From the NCBI GenBank assembly GCA_963813715.1, contig CAWFAK010000007.1, positions 96,001 through 160,000 of the forward strand: a stretch of DNA of 64,000 nucleotides, given 5' to 3'. The notes beneath the pieces are model-generated. The model searched no databases. It saw only the letters and a list, made by a program, of their open reading frames with translations, and was not told the origin of the DNA. The translations under genes were made by a program, and so were the position numbers. This document shows positions 54,724 to 64,000 of the stretch, one piece after another (the stretch's first letter is position 1; the number at the start of each line of letters is the position of its first letter). Source of the stretch: an uncultured Planctomycetaceae bacterium (GTDB lineage: Bacteria; Planctomycetota; Planctomycetia; Planctomycetales; Planctomycetaceae).

Positions 54724-56148
54724 ATGCAGCGCATCAAAAACTCGTGGGCGATCGGACTTGTGCTAGCTTCGCTGCTATTGGCGGCAGCTGCCTGGCGGTC
54801 GAAGTCCCAGGGCGAAGCGACGCAGGTGGGCGAGGCCTCGCAGGAACCAGACTCTTCCGCGCCGTCCGATTCCGCTCGTTCGTCGAAGGTTCGCGTCGAT
54901 GTCATTCGGCCGCACGTCGGCAAGATGGCGCGCTCGGAAACGGAGCCAGGCACCGTCGACGCTTTCGACTATGCGAATCTCTACGCCAAGGTTTCGGGCT
55001 ACCTGAAGGTGCAGAACGTCGACATCGGCAGTGTCGTCAAGGAAGGTGAAGTTCTCGCCGAGATCGACGCGCCCGAGTACATTCAATCGCGTGACCAGGC
55101 CCGCGCCGAAGTCGAACAAGCCAAGGCCCGCGTGCAGCTGGCCGAGTCGGCGGTCACCCGGGCCGAGGCTGACGTCGGCGCCGCCGAGGCAGGTGTCGAG
55201 CAGAAAAAGGCTGAGCTGACGCGGACCGAGGGCTATTTGAAGTTTCGCAAAATCCAATACGAACGGATGAGCCATCTGTTCGAGCTGAAGTCGATTGACC
55301 AGCGCCTCGTCGAGGAAAGTCGCAAGGAGCAGGATGCGGCCCAGGCCGCCGTCGACGCGACGAAGGCGTCGATCGAGACAGCCCAAACCGAAGTCGCGGC
55401 GAAGAAAGCCAAGGTCACGCAAGCCCGGGCCAACGTTGTCGACGCGCGGGCAAGCGTCGACGTAGCTCGGACGCTGCTCGAGAAAGCCCAAGTCTTCGTC
55501 AACTATCTTAAAATTGTCTCACCCTATAATGGAGTGATCACGGAGCGTGGCTTCCACGTCGGCGAATTCATCCGGTCACCCGATCAGGGACGGCAGGTCC
55601 CGCTTTTGACCGTGGCGCGAAGCGACGTGATGCGCGTGGTCATGCGGTTGCCCGAACGCTACGTCCCCTACTGCGAGCCGGGCGACGCCGCCGTTGTGGA
55701 GCTGGACGCCTTGCACGGCCGCATGTTTCACGGCACCGTTTCCCGGATCGCCAATTCGCTCGATCGCTCGGACCGGACGATGCGGGTCGAGGTGGATCTC
55801 AAAAACCCCAACGACGAACTCCGGGACGGCATGTTCGGTCGTGTCACCGTGCAATTGACGTCAGCTACTAAAGAGCTGAGCATTCCTTCGTCGGCCCTGG
55901 TGAACGTGGGACGGCCGGGGGCGTTTTCGGTCTACGTGGTTCGCGACGGACGCGCCGACCGCGTACCGGTGAAAGTCGGTCGCGATAACGGAATTCGCGC
56001 GGAGATCGTCTCGGGCGTTCAAGCCAACGACCTGATCGTTGCCCATCCCTCCGAGGATCTCGACTTCGGGCGCGGCGGTCGAGTTCGATCAGCCGACTCC
56101 GGCCGCCGAGCCGACGTCCGCCGCGAAGAGCTGACCGAAACGCTCTGA
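54724..56148 (+). CDS. RND efflux periplasmic adaptor (membrane fusion protein)
   Basis: AKVSGYL lipoyl half, long coiled coil, ISPYNGVI-type motif, RTMRVEVD..N....LRDGMF. Confidence 0.93.
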   Translation: MQRIKNSWAIGLVLASLLLAAAAWRSKSQGEATQVGEASQEPDSSAPSDSARSSKVRVDVIRPHVGKMARSETEPGTVDAFDYANLYAKVSGYLKVQNVDIGSVVKEGEVLAEIDAPEYIQSRDQARAEVEQAKARVQLAESAVTRAEADVGAAEAGVEQKKAELTRTEGYLKFRKIQYERMSHLFELKSIDQRLVEESRKEQDAAQAAVDATKASIETAQTEVAAKKAKVTQARANVVDARASVDVARTLLEKAQVFVNYLKIVSPYNGVITERGFHVGEFIRSPDQGRQVPLLTVARSDVMRVVMRLPERYVPYCEPGDAAVVELDALHGRMFHGTVSRIANSLDRSDRTMRVEVDLKNPNDELRDGMFGRVTVQLTSATKELSIPSSALVNVGRPGAFSVYVVRDGRADRVPVKVGRDNGIRAEIVSGVQANDLIVAHPSEDLDFGRGGRVRSADSGRRADVRREELTETL

Positions 56149-56177
56149 CCGGATCGAAATCGACGGGCCAAGTTGCT

Positions 56178-59100
56178 TCAGACGGCCGAATGCGGCGCCA
56201 TTCCGAAATCTTCGTCGTCCGAGTCTGACGCGAGCGGCGCCGGCCTGACGAAGAGCGAATAGAGGCAGGGCAGCACGAAGAGCGTGGCCGGCTCTCCCGC
56301 GATCAGTCCGCCCAAAATCGCCCGCGCCAAAGGAGCGTTGGCCTCGCTGCCCCGCTCGAGCGCCAGCGCGGCGGGCACCATCGCGAAGAAGGCGGCCAGC
56401 GCCGTCATCGTTACCGGTCGTACGCGAATCGAAGCGGCTTTACGAATGGCTTCGGTGGGCGTCAGTCCTTCGTGACGCCGCAGCTCCTGGGCAAAATCGC
56501 TCATCAGCACGGTGTTGGCAACCTTGATGCCGACGATAAAGATGATCCCCAAGAGTGACTGGACATTGAGCGCCGTGCCCGTGAAGTAGAGCATCGGCAA
56601 GACGCCAGCCAAGGCCAGCGGGACCGTCCCCATCACGGTGAGCGGCACAATCCACGAGCGGTCGAGAGCCACCATCAGGAAGTACATCAACAGGGCCGCC
56701 AGCACGAGGCCGACGCCCAGGTTACGAAACGTGTCCTGCATCCGCGAATACTCCCCCGTCAGCTCGAGTTTGCCCCCGGGGAGCAGCTTGTGGTCGGGCA
56801 CACCGGCTTCGTACGGACTCCAGGTGCCGCGGCCGCTCGCCACGCCGAACTTCGCCAGCAGCCGGCCCACGTCGTTGGCGACATGCCCCAAGTCGCGGCC
56901 GTAAACTCCCATCGTCAGGTCGATCGTCGGCTGCAGCGTCGTATGGTGCACTTCGGCCGGTACGGTGGTCCGACTGATCGTCGCGATGTTCTGCAGGGGG
57001 ACGGGCTCGTTTTGCTTGGGACTGGTGATGGGGATATTCATCATCGTCTCGATCGACTCGATGTCCCCTTCCGGATACTGCACGCCGACGAAGTACTGGT
57101 TGTGGCTGACCGGATCGAACCAGAAATTCTTCTTGTTGAACGAAATGCTCGAGTTGAACGCGGCCACGACGTTTTTCATCACGTCGGCCTGGCTCAGTCC
57201 CATATCGGCGGCCTTGGTGCGATCGACGTCGAGCACGAACTCGGGATAGTCGAGCCGCTGAATGATGCGGGCGTCGACCACGCCGGGAATCTTGGTGACC
57301 TCGGCCTGGATGGCGGCCGCCACTTCGCGGGCCTTGACCATGCTGTTGCCGCGGACTCGCACGTTGAGCGGCGTCGATTTGCCCTCGTTCATGGCGCCGC
57401 GGATCATGCCCCCCGCGTCAAAGGCAAATTCCAACTCGGGGAATTGGCGGTTGAGCTGCTGTCGCAGCATCTCCACATATTCTTGGGCGGACCGTTCCCG
57501 CTCCGCCTCGAGCTGGACCTTCACCACGGCGTCCATCGGGCCGGAATTGGGAGTGTAGGCAGCGGACCAGTCGGCCACGACGCCGATCTCGCTGATGATC
57601 GTCTGCAGATCCTTTTCAAGCAGCTTGCGCACGACCTGCTCGACGTCGGCGATCTTCGCTTCCGTCCGCTCAATCCGCGTGCCGGTGGAGCGCGGATATA
57701 AATCTCGAACGCGCCGGCATCGACCTCCGGGAAGAAGTCGCGGCGAATGACCGGACCCAAGAGCCCCAAGCTGAGGATCAGCAGGCTGACGGCGACGGCC
57801 ACCGTCGCCCTCCGATGGAGCAGCACAAAATCGAGTCCGCGCACATAGAGTGCGATCGCCCGGTCGATGAGTGCTTCCCAGCGGCCGAACGCCCGGGCAA
57901 TCACTCCTCGTCGGCGGGCGTGCTCGTGCTCGCTATGCGACTTGAGCAGCAGCGAACTCATCGAGGGGACAAACGAGCGGGACAAGACATAGGCGACGAT
58001 CATCGCGAAGGCGACGGCGTAGGCCATCGGCCGAAACAAGAACGCGCCCAGGCCGGGCATCAGCGCCAGCGGAGCCAGCACCAGAAACGTGCAGATTGAC
58101 GAAACCAGCTCGGGCATGGCCACTTCGCTGGCTCCCAAAAACGCGGCCTGCCGCACCTTCGCCCCCAGCGCCAGGTGACGGTGCGTGTTCTCCAGGCAGA
58201 TAATCGCGCTATCGACGAGTGGTCCGATCGCGAGTGCAAGCCCGGCCAACGTCATCACGTTGATCGTGTTCCCCGTCGCATAAAGGCCGATCAGCGCCCC
58301 CAGGACGGCCAACGGAATGGTGCAGATGGCAATTGCCGTCATCCGCAGCTCGCCGAGAAAGACCAAGATGACGAGCGAGCACAGGAGCGCCCCCAACAAG
58401 CCTTCCTGCACGAGTGCCTTGATCGACTTACGCACGTAAATCGACTGGTCCATCACCACGCGCAGATTGATGTCCGGTCGCGTGAGCCGTGGTTCAATCG
58501 CCGGCGCTTCCTCCTTGAGCTGATCGACCACCGTCAGCGTGCTCTGTCCGACCTGCCGGAAGATCGGAATGTAGACCTGCCGACGGCCGTTCACCCGCAC
58601 AATATTGGTTTGAATGTAATTGGTGTCGGCCGGAGTGCCGATGTCGCCCAGAAAGGTCGCCGTCCCCGGCCCGACGCGCAGCGGGATCCCCTTCATCTCG
58701 CTGATCACGTTGTACATCGAGTTGGAGTCGATGGCGTAATCGGTGTCGCCGAACTTGGCGTCGCCCGTCGGCATCAACAGGTTGTAGCGGTCGATCGCGT
58801 CCATCACGTCGGTCAGCGAGAGATGCCGCGACTGCATCTTCTGACGATCGAGGTACGCCAGAATCGTCCGCACCTTGCCGCCGAAAACGACCGGCGCGAT
58901 GGCTCCGGGGATGGCCATCACCATGTTGCGAACTTCGAATCGGCCGACGTCGTACAAGGTCGATTCGTTCTGCGTCTTACTGTCGAGGGCCACGACGCAC
59001 GCGGGAACGGTGGCAGTCGGGTCGAAGGGGAGCACGACCGGCGGCAGCGTTCCGGGCGGCAGCACGGGGATCACCCCCGTGGTCAGCGACATCACCTGCC

Positions 59101-59419
59101 CGAGCGCACCGTTCGGGTCGGCGTCACCCTGGAAATAATTGCGGATGACGCTGGACCCGATGATCGAGCGCGACTCCTGCCGGCTCATGTTGTTGGCCTG
59201 GCCGACCCAACGCTCCAACCGGTTCGTGATGTCCTTCTCGACTGAGACCGCCGGCATGCCGCTGTAGAACGTCAGCACCTGCACCGCCGGCGAGCGGAAG
59301 ATCGGCAGGATGTCGATCGGCAGCGCGAGCAGGCACAGCACGCCGATGACCAGGATCGTGAGCATCGCGACAATCACCGCGTAGGGATTCTTCAGCGATG
59401 CTCGAATCAGACCATTCAT
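56178..59419 (-). CDS. RND efflux permease (AcrB/CzcA-like); frameshift near 57690
   Basis: LPIDILP, GPLVDSAIICLEN, FFPEVDAG, RVRPVTMT; two 6-TM halves. Confidence 0.93.
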
Positions 59420-59702
59420 GCCGGTGAGTTGCTCGGCGAGGTGGGAAAGCGCAGGAGCCCGCGGCCGCATAGTCGACGTGGACTTCGCCGGCCTGCATCG
59501 ACTTATAGGACGAGTTTGCATTCACCGTCAATCTCGCTCGGCCCCGCGGTTACAGCCAATTCACCTCCGTTCATCATTGCAAAATCTCGGGGAATCGGCC
59601 GCGCGGCGAAACGCGTGCTTTCGCGGGCTTTTTCCCGGCTGGCGAAGGAGTTATTTTGACGGGACGGCCAGCCCTTCCGCACGACAACGGTAGCCTCAAT
59701 CC

Positions 59703-61127
59703 ATGTCTTCGTCCTCAGCTTTGTCATTGCCTAGAGCGGTCCGTTCGGCATTGGCTGGACTGGCCGCGTTGGCGATCTGCGGGCTGCTCTTGGCCTTCGA
59801 TTTCTCGCGCAGGCCGGGGCCCGGAGCCGCGGCGTTGGCAGCGCCTGTGTCGCGATTGGCCTCGGACGGCAAGCTCCGCTGGTTTCGGGGCAACCTCCAC
59901 ACGCATTCGATGTGGAGCGACGGCGACGATTACCTCGAGATGATCGGCCTGTGGTACAAGGACCACGGTTACGACTTCCTCTGCTTCACCGATCACAACC
60001 GACTGGCTCGCTCCGAGCGGTGGGTGAAGGTCAACCAGAACGGCAGTCCGCCCGCCGCCGTGCAAAAGCTCAAGGCGCGGTTTCCCAAGGACTGGGTCGC
60101 TGAGCGCACCGTCGACGGCCATCAGGAAATTCGGCTCAAGACCTTTGACGAGGTGCGCAACCGTATCGCCGAGCCGGGACGCTTCTTGCTGATTCAAGGC
60201 GAAGAAATCTCCGATCTCTTCGGCCGCTCCCCAATCCACATCAACGCCACCAACATCCAGGCAGCCATTCCGCCGATGGGAGGCAAGAGCGTGGCGGAGA
60301 CGATCCAGAACAATTTCGACGCGATCATCGCGCAGCGGGAACGGACGGGCAAACCAATCCTCGTCCATCTCAATCACCCGAATTACTACTATGGCGTGAC
60401 CGCGGAAGACTTGATGCGGATTCGTGGGGACAACTTCTTCGAGGTCTACAATGGTCATCCGTCGGTGCACAATTCGGGCGACAGCCTGCACGCCTCGACC
60501 GAGCGGATTTGGGACATCATCCTGGCCAACCGGCTGGGCGACTTGAACCTGCCGGTGATGTACGGCCTGGCGACGGACGACGGCCATCGCTACCACCATA
60601 TTCCCAGCCGCGGCTCTGAGCCTGGACGCGGCTGGGTGATGGTGCTGGCATCCGAGCTGACGCCCGAATCGTTGATCGCGTCGCTCGAATCCGGTCGGTT
60701 TTACGCAACTTCGGGCGTGAGGCTCCGCGAGGTGATTTCCGGCAGCGACGGGCTTGATGTCGCTGTCGAACCCGAGCCGGGGGTCGACTACACCATCGAC
60801 TTCATTGGGACGCGCTCGAACTTCAACCGGGCCAGCCAGCCGATCCGGGATGCCGCCGGCAAGGAGATCCGGGCGACGCGGCACTACAGCGACGACATCG
60901 GTGTGACCTTCAAGACCGTCCACGGAAATCGCGCCAGCTGCCGCTTCGGTCGCGATGAGCTTTACGTCCGCGCCCGTGTCACCTCGAGCAAGCACCATCC
61001 CAATCCATCCGAGCTGGGTGATTTCGAGCGCGCCTGGGTGCAGCCGCAGCGTGGTCCGGCGGCACTCAAAAACGCGGGCGGTCCAGCCGAACTCAAAACC
61101 ACCGACGGCTCCGCCGCGCTGGAATGA
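59703..61127 (+). CDS. Exported PHP-fold metallohydrolase (CehA/McbA-like)
   Basis: GNLHTHS..SDG, TDHN, GEEI, NHPN, EVYN, TDDGH. Confidence 0.85.
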   Translation: MSSSSALSLPRAVRSALAGLAALAICGLLLAFDFSRRPGPGAAALAAPVSRLASDGKLRWFRGNLHTHSMWSDGDDYLEMIGLWYKDHGYDFLCFTDHNRLARSERWVKVNQNGSPPAAVQKLKARFPKDWVAERTVDGHQEIRLKTFDEVRNRIAEPGRFLLIQGEEISDLFGRSPIHINATNIQAAIPPMGGKSVAETIQNNFDAIIAQRERTGKPILVHLNHPNYYYGVTAEDLMRIRGDNFFEVYNGHPSVHNSGDSLHASTERIWDIILANRLGDLNLPVMYGLATDDGHRYHHIPSRGSEPGRGWVMVLASELTPESLIASLESGRFYATSGVRLREVISGSDGLDVAVEPEPGVDYTIDFIGTRSNFNRASQPIRDAAGKEIRATRHYSDDIGVTFKTVHGNRASCRFGRDELYVRARVTSSKHHPNPSELGDFERAWVQPQRGPAALKNAGGPAELKTTDGSAALE

Positions 61128-61287
61128 CCGTGCCCCGGTTGGAGAGGAAAGCGGTCGGGTGCCCCCTCACTCCGACCGACTCCCGTCGGCTTTTCTGGTT
61201 TTCCGCGGAATTTCCGAAAAGTCGTGCAAAAAATCGGCGGTGGCGTGGTCTTTCTCTTTGACTGACCCATCCAACCGAGCCCACGGG

Positions 61288-61776
61288 ATGCCCCTCGCCG
61301 CCGAGCAAATCGCTGCATTGATCGAACGGCATGCCGTTCCGCTCGCGATTTGGGTCGGTTACCGCGAGGAATGGGCGGATGATGTCGTGCAAGAAGCCTT
61401 CTGCCGGCTGGCGGCAGCGGAGCCGCCGCCCGAACGAGTGGTCCCCTGGCTCTATCGTGTCGCCTGGAACCTGGCACAGACCAACCGCTTGGCAAACCGT
61501 CGGCGGCGATCGCGCGAGAGGCACGCGGCGGCGGGCGAGGCCGTTCGAGACGATCCCCTCGAGAGACTGATTGCCGACGAAGTGCTGGCATCGCTCTTGC
61601 GCCTGGATAACCCTCTCCGGGAGGTCGTCACGGCCCGGATTTGGGGTGGACTGACTTTCGATGAGATCGGCAAATTGTGCGGCACCTCGGCGGCGACCGC
61701 GTTGCGCCGGTACCGCGACGCCTTGGAACAACTCCACAGAATTTTGAGTGTCCCATGCACGACCACGAATCCCTGA
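61288..61776 (+). CDS. ECF sigma-70 factor
   Basis: ADDVVQEAF, WLYRVAWN, REVVTARIWGGLTFDEIG. Confidence 0.9.
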   Translation: MPLAAEQIAALIERHAVPLAIWVGYREEWADDVVQEAFCRLAAAEPPPERVVPWLYRVAWNLAQTNRLANRRRRSRERHAAAGEAVRDDPLERLIADEVLASLLRLDNPLREVVTARIWGGLTFDEIGKLCGTSAATALRRYRDALEQLHRILSVPCTTTNP

Positions 61777-62246
61777 ATGATCCCGAACTCGGACAACTCG
61801 AGCGCCGCTTAGGTCGCGCAACCTGGTCCCCCACACCGGCCCAACGCGAACGCTGGCTCTATGCCTGCGGGCAAGCGGCGGGCCGCGCTCAGATGAGGCG
61901 TCGTCTGCGGGGGGCGATCGGTGTTGCGGCCGTATTGGGTTGTGTTTGCGTGGGGCTGTCCTGTGCGCTCTGGCAGGCCGATCAAGTGCCGGTCGCGGCG
62001 GTCAATCCGGTGCCGACACCTTTCGCCACGAATCTCACTCCGGCTCAACATTCGAGCCTCTTGCCGCTTGACGAGCCCGTGGACGCAGTTGTGGATTCGA
62101 AGCGCGGGCTGAGAGTGTCGGCAAGCCTCGCAGAGCTGGCCTCGTTCGATGACCTCGCCAGGACGTCAGCTTCCGAGGTGCAGAAGACTCCGGTGGCTGC
62201 GGAGCGCGTGCTCTCCGCCGCCGGACCGCTGTCGGGCGCCCTGTGA
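61755..62246 (+). CDS. Putative anti-sigma or single-TM protein
   Basis: Overlaps the sigma 3' end; LERRL...ERWLYACGQAAG followed by a TM helix. Confidence 0.7.
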   Translation: MHDHESLNDPELGQLERRLGRATWSPTPAQRERWLYACGQAAGRAQMRRRLRGAIGVAAVLGCVCVGLSCALWQADQVPVAAVNPVPTPFATNLTPAQHSSLLPLDEPVDAVVDSKRGLRVSASLAELASFDDLARTSASEVQKTPVAAERVLSAAGPLSGAL

Positions 62247-62309
62247 ACTTTTTGTGGTCCTTCCTTGAGATCATCGAGAAATTGCCTTCATTTCTAGAGG
62301 GAAAAAGGG

Positions 62310-63759
62310 ATGCAGATCGGACGTTCACGCTTCGCGGTGATTTGCGCCTTGGGTCTGGCCGGCTTTTGCCTGACGGCCGCGTGCGCCGCCGACAAGAAAC
62401 CGGCTGGCACGAAACCCACCGACAAAAAACCCGCCGCAAAAGCCGCCGCACCAATCAATCCGTGGCATGAGCTTGCGGTCAGCCCGCGCGATCGAAACGC
62501 CGCTGATGAAGTATCGATTGCTGCCCGCCGAGTACGAATTGCGTGACGGTAACGCAGCACCCATCCTGCTGCGACTCCCCTGGGAGCGCATCCCCTACTT
62601 CCGCGAGGTCGTGCCCACGTTCTCGGAGTATCTGGATGTGCCGCTCACTAGTCCGAAACTCCACGGCCAGGAGATTTTCACGCTGTACGACCACCTCGAG
62701 CGGGCCGCCTACCGAAGAACTGCCGACTGGCAGTATCCAATCGGCGAACACCCTTTGGGGGATATTCTGCTTCCGGATCTTCAGGGGGGCCGCAGCATCG
62801 TCGGCTATGGCCTTTCGGTCTGGATACGTCAGCGGCTCGCCGAAGGGAATCTGGCCCGCGCCCGGCAGGGAATCCTCGTGGGTCTGGCGGTCAGCCGGCA
62901 TTACGGGCGCACGCCGTTCACGATTGCGCAAATGGTCTGTGCCGCAATCGATTCGACGCTGCTTGATCGAGTCGCCGAACTCGTTTCGCAGCCCAACTCG
63001 CCCAACCTCTATTGGGGACTGACCCAGCTTCCGCGCCCGCTGATCGACGTGCGGCCTGCCATCGAGCTGCAGCAGCGGTTCCTCCAATCGACTGTCCCGG
63101 GGCTCGATGACCCAATCCAGACCGAGACAGAATGGAAACGGCGGGCACTGGCCGTCATTCACTACTTCCGCGAGTTCACTGAGGCAGCCCAATTGCAGCC
63201 CGGAGGAAACGGACGAGCGTTCGAGGAAGTGGTGAAACTGGCCCGCGCGGAGCTGCCGACCTGGATCGAGGGAGGAGACAATCGCGTCGCGGCGATGTCT
63301 GACGGCGAAGCAGCCGCAAGGTGGCTCGTCGACGTCAACGACGAGCTGACGAGTGAGGCCACCGCGACCATGTCCCTGGACCCTCCGCTTGCGATCCCGC
63401 GGCTCCAGGCACTGCAAAAACGCGTCGCGGAGTTTTGTGCCGCCCTGGGCGTGCCCCGATCCACCCTCTTGGTCGTCTCCCTCAACGGCTACGTCGCGAT
63501 CCACAGAATCGAGCGGGAGATCGACGCCTTGCGCGTCGTCGAAGCTGTGCGAAATTACGCTGCGGCTCACCACTCGCAGCTGCCGGACACGCTGGAGAAG
63601 ATCAACGAGGTCCCCGTCCCCAACGATCCGTTTACCGGCAAGCCGTTCCACTACGAGCTGAAAGACGGCGTCGTCACCCTCTCGGCCGAGGGAATCAAGC
63701 TGTCGGATCCGGAGCGGGAAGTCGGCGCCATCCGCTATCACGTCCGCATCCGAAACTGA
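62310..63759 (+). CDS. Secreted hypothetical protein; frameshift near 62490
   Basis: Signal peptide in ORF 62310..62546 joins LMKYRLLP... in ORF 62467..63759. Confidence 0.75.
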
Positions 63760-63880
63760 GCGTTTCCCGGCACTCTTCAGTCCAGCCGATGGCGTGCCCG
63801 CATCCGCCGTCCCGGATATCCTGGAGCGTCGCCTGATTGCGACACGAAGGATTAACGGCAGAGGGCGTCAGCCTGAGGTC

Positions 63881-64000
63881 ATGAGCGACTGGGAATTCTG
63901 GATCGACGTCGGCGGGACGTTCACCGATTGCCTCGCCCGCGCCCCCGACGGGCGTGTGCTCACGCGGAAGGTCCTCAGCTCGGGCGTCACGAAAGGCACG
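63881..64000 (+). CDS. Hydantoinase/5-oxoprolinase family protein, 3' truncated by window edge
   Basis: [17 protein letters not shown]...RKVLSSG; GAGG RBS. Confidence 0.88.
   Translation, partial: MSDWEFWIDVGGTFTDCLARAPDGRVLTRKVLSSGVTKGT

Overview
High-GC bacterial chromosomal segment, most likely a planctomycete (inferred from the DUF1501 protein, TsaC-like/LMW-phosphatase fusion, ECF sigma modules, RND pair and REP-like repeats). About 54 genes are readable. Housekeeping blocks are sthA, an RluA-family gene, acnA, mmsA, rpmF-plsX-fabD-acpP-fabF, and rpiB followed by gcvH-gcvPA-gcvPB and a lipoate ligase. About 20 genes, including fabD and gcvP, are split by 1-bp frameshifts with no other decay, so these are most likely long-read consensus errors rather than pseudogenes. 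No rRNA, tRNA or CRISPR array was seen. The first ~15 kb is the most unusual part: unrelated genes are punctuated by at least five families of palindromic repeats. A 982-bp DDE insertion sequence sits exactly inside one REP arm with a TGA target duplication, and the next gene lies between 34-bp direct repeats. Two paralogous SPFH proteins, each with three N-terminal repeats, are bracketed by two copies of a MITE-like element. Other candidates are a FabF paralog with an E-H-N triad and a degenerate TsaC domain fused to a YwlE-type phosphatase. All calls come from reading motifs by eye; no database search was run, so novelty is unverified.
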